This document shows positions 1 to 7,259 of a DNA stretch of 64,000 bases, piece after piece. The DNA lies in the NCBI GenBank assembly GCA_041183345.1, contig JBEGLX010000001.1, positions 19,274 through 83,273 on the forward strand, given 5' to 3'. The stretch is from Planctomycetota bacterium. GTDB lineage: Bacteria > Planctomycetota > Phycisphaerae > Phycisphaerales > SM1A02. Numbering within the stretch: position 1 is the first letter of the stretch; every line of letters starts with the position of its first letter. The translations under genes and the position numbers were made by a program. The notes below the pieces were generated by a model. The model saw nothing but the letters and a program-made list of their open reading frames with translations. It made no database searches and was not told where the DNA came from.

Positions 1-210
1 GTGCTGCTCGAAGTAACGACGCTGGTGGTCGTTGGTGACCGCGCCCAGGATCGCCCACATGTCCTCGCCAGTGAGCACCGGCAGGTCCAGCGGCTGCATG
101 ATCGTGTGGACGCGCACCATGGGTGCGTGATCCGCCACGAGATGCACGTCCGAAGCGTCGAACTCATTCGCCTTCCGCAGGATGTCGTTGAGAAGTGCCG
201 ATTCAGCCAC
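1..210 (-). CDS. pilT: Type IV pilus retraction ATPase PilT family, N-terminal fragment (gene runs off the left edge)
   Basis: My own minus-strand translation from GTG at 210 gives VAESALLNDILRKANEFDASDVHLVADHAPMVRVHTIMQPLDLPVLTGEDMWAILGAVTNDHQRRYFEQH. This follows the PilT N-terminal pattern (ASDxHL, G.PP..R, ND.QR..FE). GGAGGGA Shine-Dalgarno on the minus strand at 216-222. Absent from the ORF track because there is no stop inside the window. Confidence 0.6.
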   Translation of the reverse strand, partial: MAESALLNDILRKANEFDASDVHLVADHAPMVRVHTIMQPLDLPVLTGEDMWAILGAVTNDHQRRYFEQH

Positions 211-395
211 AGCGTGTCCCTCCGAGATAGACACGCTCACATCGGCGCGGAAAACGCGTCAGGTAAGTCGGAGGGTCAAGAGAGGGGCAAACTGCCCCTG
301 CGCGCAGGGAATAGGCGTTTCCCGCGGACGGTTCGGAGCCGCCGCCGCGGATTTCGGGACCCGCCCGCACAGCCCGCGCAGGCCGGGCAGACCGA

Positions 396-884
396 CTACT
401 TCGCGGCCGCCGCGAGGCTGCCTTCACCCTCGAACATCGACTCCGTCTTGAGGATCCCCGCCTCGTAGAGGATGCGGGCGAAGCTCTGCGGGTCGCGATA
501 CGTCATCGTGCCCGTCACCGTCCAGCGTGCGCCTGCGCGCGCGCTCGCCACCGGCACGATCGCGGGCACCGTCGCCTTGACGGTCTGCCCCGGGGGAAGC
601 GCCCGCAGCGCAGCCCAGCGCCCGTCGTAGCTCGCGCCATCCTCGAGGCGGATCAAGTAGTCGTAGGCGACGAGCTCGACCTCGTTGCCGCTGGTGTTGG
701 TCAGTTCGAGCGTGATGTCGATGCTCGCGGTCAGCGCGCTGGCCGCGGTCCCCACGCGAGCCTCCGTCGCCCGCACGGCCGGCCGAGCGACCGAGCAGCC
801 GCCGAGCGCGTTCGCAAGGGCTGCCATGAGGGCGGCGGCGATTGTCGCCCCGGGGCGTAGCGTCTGGAGGAGTCCGCGGTGCAT
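396..884 (-). CDS. Lipoprotein, LEA type-2 / WHy-like beta-sandwich (tentative)
   Basis: ORF 396..923, taking the internal ATG at 884 (MHRGLLQTL...). Signal peptide with lipobox LGGC. The body (ITLELTNTSGNEVELVAYDYLIRLEDG...GQTVKATVPA) resembles the LEA_2 fold pattern. Confidence 0.5.
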   Translation of the reverse strand: MHRGLLQTLRPGATIAAALMAALANALGGCSVARPAVRATEARVGTAASALTASIDITLELTNTSGNEVELVAYDYLIRLEDGASYDGRWAALRALPPGQTVKATVPAIVPVASARAGARWTVTGTMTYRDPQSFARILYEAGILKTESMFEGEGSLAAAAK

Positions 885-962
885 CGTGGAAATGTAGCAG
901 GAGGAGTTGGAAGACCGTCGCATCGCCGCCCGTGGCGCGCCTGCCGCGCTACGCTTCGGCTC

Positions 963-3900
963 ATGCCAGCGGGTTCCGCAGCAACTTCACCGACGCACCG
1001 TGCAGCGCTGTGGCCGCACCTGCTCACGGCCGTCCTCGGCGTGCTTCCCGCCCCGTTCGTCGCTGGTCGCGCCGATGCCCGTCAGTCGACGACGCCCGCC
1101 ATCGCCGACTCGCCCACCGCGCAGACTCTGTTCGGCGACATCGTGGCGCAGGCGAAGGAGAACCCCGCCGAAAGCGCGCGCATCGCCCGACGCCTGCTCG
1201 ACGAGTACGGCGCCCGCGTGGTGAAGGTCGGCGCCGAGACCGACGACCTCTTCAATTCGGTCGCCTCCGAGACCGAGCGGTTCCTCGTTGAGAACCCGGC
1301 GATCCTGTCCCGTTTCCGCGACATGGAGTCGCGTGCCGCCGAGCGGATGCTCACGGAGGAGGGTCCATCCGCGACCGCGGCGCGCCGCCGGCTTACCCCC
1401 GCGGGACTGACGGCGACCCTCATGCTCGCCGAACGCGCCCTGCGCGCGGACCAGCCGAGCGCCGCGCAGGCGCTCCTCGGCAAGGTCGCGCGGCACCCCG
1501 ACCTTGCCGGCGCGTCGCTCGTCGCCTGGGCCTCGCTCGAGGCGATGGCGTGCCGCCGTGCGGGCGATGCCGCAGGCGCCACGGCGGCGCTGGCCAGGCT
1601 CGATGCGGTGCAGGGCGTCGACGCTTCCATCCTCGCCCGTGCACGCGCCGCGGCCGAGCGAACCGCACCCTCGCAGGGCAGCGTGCTCGGACGCAGCCCG
1701 CTCGTCTCTGCTCCCGATGGCGGCGACCCCGACAGCACGTGGCGCCAGACCTGGTCGCTCGATCTCGACCAGAGCCTCTTCAAGCGGCTGAATGGCGGCT
1801 TCAGTTCGTCGCGCGCCCAGCGCGAGGTCGAGCGCGCGCGCAGCGAAGCCCGCCAGATGGCGGCGCTTCCCACCGTGCTCGGCGACCGGATCTTCATCTC
1901 CGAGGGGCATCGCGTTCGGGCGATCGACATCGACTCGCGCCACGAGATCTGGTCGCGCGACATCGGCGGCCCCGCGATGGGGCGCGAGAGCGCCGGCATC
2001 AGCGACCTCTCCGCGATCGCCGCCGACGATGCCATCCTCGTCACCTACGAAGGTCACGCGACCCCCAACGACCGAACCGCAAATCCACGCGTCTGGTGCC
2101 TTGACCCGTCGACCGGCGCACCGCTCTGGAACACGGTCGTGAACGGTGCCGATGGCCGCGACGACCTCGCTGGGCTGTACCCCGTGGGCGCACCGGTCCT
2201 GCTGTCCGACGTCGTCGTGGTCGCAGCCCGCAAGCCCACGCAGCGGCTTGAGCAGGTCGACTGGCTGCTGGCCCTCGACCGCGCCGATGGCCACGTCCGC
2301 TGGGCGACTTCGATCGCGGGCGCGCCCGCGAACCGTCTCTCGATCGGTCGCAAGCTCCCCGGCGTGAATGCCGACGGCGCCTCGGTCATCTACGCGACGC
2401 CGCTCGGCGCGATCGCCAGTGTCCGCGGCTCCGACGGCGCCATCGAATGGCTCCGCCGCTTCCCCGTGCCGCTGCGCGAGTCGCGCCTGCTCTCCGAGCC
2501 GTGGGAGTCGTCCGCGCCCGTCGTCGTCGGGCAGCGTGTGCTCTCGATCACGCCCGATGAAGTCGAGATCGTCGCCCTCGATCCGGCCAGCGGAAAGCTC
2601 CTCGAGGCGCGCCCGCTCGGTCCTGACACGCCATGGGAGTTGCCTCAATACCTCGTCTCCGCGACGGGGAGCGACGGTAGGCCGATCGTCCTCGGCGTGG
2701 GCAGCGACATCGTCGCCTTCGACGCACGCGACCTCTCCAAGCAGCTGTGGAGCCTCTCCGAGCGCACGACAGGCATCGACCCGCCGCGCGCAGGCACTGC
2801 CATCCGCAATGGCATCCGCGGGCGCGTGAGCGTCGCGGGGCAGTACGTCGTGGCGCCGGGCGCAGAGGAGATCCTGCTCCTCGACCTCGTCACCGGGCGT
2901 GTGAACGCCCGCGTTCCCATCGGTCACCCGTGCAATCCGCTCCTTCTCTCCGATCGACTCGTCGCCGCCGGCGATGAATCGATGCGCGTGCTCATGCCTT
3001 CGGAGCGCGCCGAGTCGATGCTTCGCGCACGGCTCGCTGCCTCTCCCGACGATCCTTCCGCGGCCATCGCGCTTCTTGAGCTCGCGCAGGCAACGGGTCG
3101 GCCCACGGTCGCGCTCGACGCGGGGCGCACGGCCGAGCAGGCGTTCGCTCGCGGGAAGGGCGACGAAGGACTGCGCAGCGAGCTCATGGACAAGCTCGTC
3201 GCGCTGTCCGCCCAGCATCCCGAGCACGGAGACGCCGCGTTCGCGATCATCAGCCGCATCTGCGACACGCCGCTCCTGCGCGTGAAGGCCGAGATGGCGC
3301 GCGGCGAATTCCTGCGAACGGCAGGGCGTCCGCGTGACGCCGTCGCCTGCCTGCGCGCGATCGCGGAAGACCCGCTCCTCGCCACCCAGCTCTACCCAGT
3401 GCAGGGCGTGAGCCGGCAGGTGCGGCTCGAGGTCCTCACCCGTGTGGGCGCGCTCGTCTCACGCGACCGCGAGCTCACCGAGTACCTCGAGAGCGAGGCG
3501 CGAGGCGCCGCCGCCAAGCTCGTGCAGCCGACCGCCGCCGCACTCGGACGCTTCATCGAGTTGCACGCCCGCACGCGCTCGTCGATCGACGCCTTCGCCG
3601 CCGCGCGCAATCTCGAGCCGAAGGAAGCGGTCGCGATCGGGGCCGCGATGCTCGGCGATCTGCTCATCCCGCCCGCGCGCGTCGACCTCATCGACGCGCT
3701 CCGCGCAGAGCTCGCCACCCGGAGCGACGACGCCTCCTACCGCGCGCGGCTCGCCGCAATCGACGCGCGCGTGTTCGAGCTCCTCCACGGCAGCGGCATC
3801 GACCGTCCCGAGCTGCTCGCGCGCGGTCCGCAACTCCCGCGGCTTGGAAAGACGCCCGTGAGCGGGTTCGACCTCCGCGCGCGCCTTCCGATCGAGACCC

Positions 3901-5138
3901 CGACCTCCCGCACCAACCGCGACAACAGCCTCTTCCTCGGACTCCTCGACGGTTCGCTCGTCCGCCTCGGCGGCCCCGAACTCACGCCGCAATGGCGCCT
4001 GCGCCTCGACGACCGCGAGCCGATGGTCCTGTGGGCCAACGGTCGCGCCGTCCTCTGGCAGACGCTGCCGAAGGGCGAGGACAACGCGCTCATCGTCGAC
4101 CCAGTCGCGGGCACGATCATCTACGCCTCGCCGCGCGCGCCCGAACTCTGGCCGACCGCAGGCGGCGCCCGCGTCGAGGCGCAGCGCGACGCAGCGCCCG
4201 AATTCAACCGCCCGCGCTTCGTGAACACCATGCCGGCGCTCATCGCGCCTGTCTGCGACGGTGAGTCGCTCGTCCTCGTGCGCCGCAACGGCGACCTCGC
4301 GCGGATCGGCGTCATGGACCCGCAGCCAAAGGCGCAGCTCGAGCGGGGCGTGATCGAGCAAGTGCTCAGCGAGAGCCTTCGGGACGGCATGCTCACCCTC
4401 GGCGGCCGCGAAGCCCAGGGCGACACCCAGCGTGGCGTCGTGCGGGTGCTCGACGCCCGCAACCTGGCTGCGCTCCATCGCATCGAGCCACTCAGTGGCT
4501 CGGAGGTCAAGTGGGCGTTCACGACCGCCCTCGGCGAGATCTTCGTCGGCACCCGCAACGGCATCGAGCGCTGGATGATCGGCCCCGCAGGAAACCCGCT
4601 CCCCGTCCTGGTCTCGATGCTCCCCGAATCGACCGAGCCAGATCGTCCGCAGTTGCTGGGCGCCAACCTGTTCACGCTTGATGGTCCGGGCCGTCCGAAC
4701 ATTCTGCCGCTCTTCGTCGGCGGTCCGCGCACCTACAGCTTCCCCGACGGGGCCGATGCGAGGCAGGTGCGCGAACTCGTCCGCCTGCGGGAAGGACTCT
4801 TGCTGCAGGCGGACGACCGCTTCGTCCTGCTCGGTCCGTCGGGCGAGGCGATCGGAGTCGACAGCAACTCCCGCGAGGCAAATTTTGCCTTCGCGGTACC
4901 CGTCGACGGCGCTCTCCTGCAGTTCGTCCCGCTCCAGCCCGAGGGCGAGCAGGCCCGCATCCGCTACCAGGCCGGCTGCGTGATCGAGCGGCTTTCACCC
5001 GCCCATGGGCTGAAGATCGACGGGCCCGCCTTTGAAGTCTCGGTGCGGGATTCGCGCATCCAGCGGGTGCTCGCGGGCGATGGATGGCTGCTGCTGACCA
5101 ACTCGAACGGCACCATGGCCGTCTCGATGCCCCCGTGA
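963..5138 (+). CDS. Very large secreted protein with N-terminal helical/TPR-like regions and PQQ-like (BamB-type) beta-propeller repeats
   Basis: ORF 879..5138. The ATG at 963 avoids overlap with the divergent gene and gives a signal-like N-terminus. Recurring propeller strands: RVRAIDIDSRHEIWSRDIGG, VWCLDPSTGAPLWNT, LLALDRADGHVRWAT, VRGSDGAIEWLR, IVALDPASGKLLE, IVAFDARDLSKQLWS. Start is uncertain. Confidence 0.7.
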   Translation: MPAGSAATSPTHRAALWPHLLTAVLGVLPAPFVAGRADARQSTTPAIADSPTAQTLFGDIVAQAKENPAESARIARRLLDEYGARVVKVGAETDDLFNSVASETERFLVENPAILSRFRDMESRAAERMLTEEGPSATAARRRLTPAGLTATLMLAERALRADQPSAAQALLGKVARHPDLAGASLVAWASLEAMACRRAGDAAGATAALARLDAVQGVDASILARARAAAERTAPSQGSVLGRSPLVSAPDGGDPDSTWRQTWSLDLDQSLFKRLNGGFSSSRAQREVERARSEARQMAALPTVLGDRIFISEGHRVRAIDIDSRHEIWSRDIGGPAMGRESAGISDLSAIAADDAILVTYEGHATPNDRTANPRVWCLDPSTGAPLWNTVVNGADGRDDLAGLYPVGAPVLLSDVVVVAARKPTQRLEQVDWLLALDRADGHVRWATSIAGAPANRLSIGRKLPGVNADGASVIYATPLGAIASVRGSDGAIEWLRRFPVPLRESRLLSEPWESSAPVVVGQRVLSITPDEVEIVALDPASGKLLEARPLGPDTPWELPQYLVSATGSDGRPIVLGVGSDIVAFDARDLSKQLWSLSERTTGIDPPRAGTAIRNGIRGRVSVAGQYVVAPGAEEILLLDLVTGRVNARVPIGHPCNPLLLSDRLVAAGDESMRVLMPSERAESMLRARLAASPDDPSAAIALLELAQATGRPTVALDAGRTAEQAFARGKGDEGLRSELMDKLVALSAQHPEHGDAAFAIISRICDTPLLRVKAEMARGEFLRTAGRPRDAVACLRAIAEDPLLATQLYPVQGVSRQVRLEVLTRVGALVSRDRELTEYLESEARGAAAKLVQPTAAALGRFIELHARTRSSIDAFAAARNLEPKEAVAIGAAMLGDLLIPPARVDLIDALRAELATRSDDASYRARLAAIDARVFELLHGSGIDRPELLARGPQLPRLGKTPVSGFDLRARLPIETPTSRTNRDNSLFLGLLDGSLVRLGGPELTPQWRLRLDDREPMVLWANGRAVLWQTLPKGEDNALIVDPVAGTIIYASPRAPELWPTAGGARVEAQRDAAPEFNRPRFVNTMPALIAPVCDGESLVLVRRNGDLARIGVMDPQPKAQLERGVIEQVLSESLRDGMLTLGGREAQGDTQRGVVRVLDARNLAALHRIEPLSGSEVKWAFTTALGEIFVGTRNGIERWMIGPAGNPLPVLVSMLPESTEPDRPQLLGANLFTLDGPGRPNILPLFVGGPRTYSFPDGADARQVRELVRLREGLLLQADDRFVLLGPSGEAIGVDSNSREANFAFAVPVDGALLQFVPLQPEGEQARIRYQAGCVIERLSPAHGLKIDGPAFEVSVRDSRIQRVLAGDGWLLLTNSNGTMAVSMPP

Positions 5139-5153
5139 CGATCCGGGATCAAA

Positions 5154-5181
5154 GGGTTCATTTCGAGGGGTTCATTTCGAG
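5154..5181. repeat. Perfect tandem duplication of a 14-bp unit GGGTTCATTTCGAG
   Basis: Read directly: unit 1 at 5154-5167, unit 2 at 5168-5181. It lies in the intergenic region upstream of the acidic-protein gene, about 25 nt before a TTGACA hexamer at 5207. Confidence 0.85.
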
Positions 5182-5438
5182 GGGGTATTTCCCTGCCCCA
5201 GACGCCTTGACATCCCTCGCACAAATCACGACAACTCCCGAGCCCTCCGAAGGGGTCCGCGGGAGCCCTCTCTGCCCCCTTGGAGGGAGCCGTCGCGGCC
5301 CGTCTCACCCATCGCGACGGAAGTGAAGGACCGTGTGCGGAAGTATTCAGACCCTACGGGGCTCCGTCCGATACAGGGGCGATCGACAGCCCGAGCGCAC
5401 TGGGCGCTCCTCGGCAAGCAGTGGACAGGATTCGATTC

Positions 5439-5936
5439 ATGACGACCGACCTTCTCGACAGCGACTGGTGCGCCGCCCTCACGCAGGAGCCAAGGTTCAT
5501 TGCCTGCGGCACGGCTCTGCTCGACGCGCCCGCGATGCGTACCACGGGCTCCGTTCGGTTCGACCTCGGATCGGACCTCGGATCGGACCTCGGATCGGAC
5601 CTCGGATCGGACCTCGGATCGGACCTCGGATCGGACCTCGTGATCGCCCGTGACGAGGACGAGGACGAGGACTTCGAGTTCGAGGAGGACGACGACGACT
5701 TCGGCGAGGAGGAGGACTTCGGCGACGAGGACTCCGAGGACGACGAGGACGCGGAAGACGAAGACGAGGATGAGGACGACGAGGACTTCGACGACGACCT
5801 CGATGAAGACGAGGAAGAAGAAGAGGAAGAGGAAGAGGAAGAAGAAGAAGAGGAAGAAGAGGAGGAATTCGACGACGAGGACGAGGAGTTCCTTGAGGAC
5901 GAGGACCTCGACGACGAGGACGACGACGAGGAGTGA
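5439..5936 (+). CDS. Hyperacidic repeat protein: about 45 aa ordinary N-terminus, (DLGS)x6 repeat, then about 95 aa that is almost pure Asp/Glu
   Basis: ORF 5280..5936 with internal ATG at 5439 ([20 protein letters not shown]...). The non-repeat N-terminus has G/C-rich third positions. An intergenic promoter region lies upstream, and a stem-loop with T-tract lies 64 nt downstream. The antisense poly-Ser ORF is an alternative reading (see rejected). Confidence 0.5.
   Translation: [165 protein letters not shown]
5562..5640 (+). repeat. 12-bp in-frame microsatellite GACCTCGGATCG, about 6.6 copies, encoding (DLGS)n
   Basis: Counted directly: six perfect units from 5562 to 5633, plus a partial unit to 5640. 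Confidence 0.9.
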
Positions 5937-5999
5937 GCGCGACCCAGCGTCGGCGCCGCGTGGTTCCCGCCATCGGGCACCGCCATGACGAGAAACAAC

Positions 6000-6030
6000 A
6001 GGGACCCGCGCTGCGGGTCCCTTTCATTTC
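6000..6030. terminator. Bidirectional intrinsic terminator between convergent genes
   Basis: Perfect 10-bp stem AGGGACCCGC / GCGGGTCCCT (6000-6009 and 6013-6022) with a 3-nt loop. Followed by TTCATTTC on the plus strand and by TGTTGTTTCTC on the minus strand. Confidence 0.6.
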
Positions 6031-7247
6031 CGCACGGGCGACGTCGTCTCGTTCACGATCCGCACGATGACCATCCGCACGCCGCTCTGCTCGGGGGTGA
6101 AGATCACGAACGCGGGGCGATCCTCGACCGCGCCGAGCGCCCTCGGAACGCCAAGCTGCTCGGACACGACCGTGCCAGGCTCGACCGCGCCCTCCGCCGC
6201 GCGAAGCCGCACCTTGCCGCCGGCAAGAACAGCCTCTCGCGTGGCGTCGACGCGCGCGCGCGCCATCGCGTTGCCAGGGATCACCCGCAGCCCATCCGAG
6301 GAGTTCCAGCGAGCGAGCGAGTTCACCGAGCGGTGGTAGAGGATCCAGTCCTTGCCCTCGATCCCTTCGCGTACGCCCTGCGCCGTGCTCATGAAAAGGG
6401 CGAGTTCATCGCTGCCGCGGTCGGTCACGAAGGCGCGCGCGAGCGACTGCTTCAGCGACTCGCCCGAGGTCGGGTCCGCGCTCCCGAGTTCGAGAATCCC
6501 GTCGCGAAGCACGAGCGTGAAGACGGTGGACGCATCCGCGGACAGCGCTGGGAAGAGGTAGCTGCGCGTGCCGTCGCCATCGAGGCTGCGCACCGAGTCG
6601 CCCTTCTTCACCGTGAGGTTGAAGAGCGCGCTGGTGACGGGGCGCGTCGAGTAGACGAGCGTGCCTTCTGCCCCGAGCGCGGCGAATGCGTTGACGTTGC
6701 CATCCTGCACCAGCCACTCGGGCTCGAGGTTGTTCCAGTCCAGGCGCCCGATCCATCGCGTGCCATCCGTCTGCGGTCTCTCGACCAGCACGCCGCGGTC
6801 ATCGGCGTTCCGACCCAGCACCAGCCCGCCATCGGTCTCGCCGAGCCGCACCAGCCCGCGCGGGTCGATCCGATAGAGCGCGATGCGCGAGGCAAGCGGC
6901 GGCCGCTGACCGGGACGCGCGAGCGCCGTCGCCAAGTCGGGCGCTGCGCCTGTCTGCACCGCCATGTAGCGCCCGTTCGGCGAGAGCACCGGCAGGGTGA
7001 TGCCATCGGTCGGGATCGCGCCGAACGGACGGAAGTCGATCGACGCCGCACTGCCCGAGATCGAGCCCGAAACGGGCTGCAGGCTTGGGGTCTGGATCGG
7101 AGCAGCGGGCGCGCTCGGCTTCGGCGGAGCAGTCGCGCATGCAGAGGTCAAGAGCGCAGCCAGCGCGGAGATCCAGCCACAAAGAACCGCACCCGCTGCG
7201 CGGGCGCGCGGCGGGTGCGGTCGATTGGTCGCGGATGGATCGGGCAT
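6024..7247 (-). CDS. Lipoprotein with PD40/TolB-like propeller signature, last gene of the T2SS-like operon
   Basis: ATG at 7247 lies 12 nt after the gspD stop. Lipobox LLTSAC. VLSPNGRYMAVQ resembles a PD40 repeat motif. Confidence 0.6.
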   Translation of the reverse strand: MPDPSATNRPHPPRARAAGAVLCGWISALAALLTSACATAPPKPSAPAAPIQTPSLQPVSGSISGSAASIDFRPFGAIPTDGITLPVLSPNGRYMAVQTGAAPDLATALARPGQRPPLASRIALYRIDPRGLVRLGETDGGLVLGRNADDRGVLVERPQTDGTRWIGRLDWNNLEPEWLVQDGNVNAFAALGAEGTLVYSTRPVTSALFNLTVKKGDSVRSLDGDGTRSYLFPALSADASTVFTLVLRDGILELGSADPTSGESLKQSLARAFVTDRGSDELALFMSTAQGVREGIEGKDWILYHRSVNSLARWNSSDGLRVIPGNAMARARVDATREAVLAGGKVRLRAAEGAVEPGTVVSEQLGVPRALGAVEDRPAFVIFTPEQSGVRMVIVRIVNETTSPVRK

Positions 7248-7259
7248 GCTGCGCGGAGG

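Noticed and set aside
987-3227. 746-aa minus-strand ORF (and the many 100-350 aa ORFs overlapping 879..5138)
   Set aside because: These are antisense or out-of-frame shadows of the PQQ/TPR protein gene, with low-complexity Arg/Gly/Ala composition.
5354-5998. 214-aa poly-Ser ORF antisense to the acidic-protein gene
   Set aside because: Both frames are compositionally possible. The minus ORF would start inside the T-tract of the terminator hairpin at 6000-6022, with no room for a promoter. The plus ORF has a 300-nt upstream region, a coding-like non-repeat N-terminus and a downstream terminator. I kept the plus-strand call at only moderate confidence.
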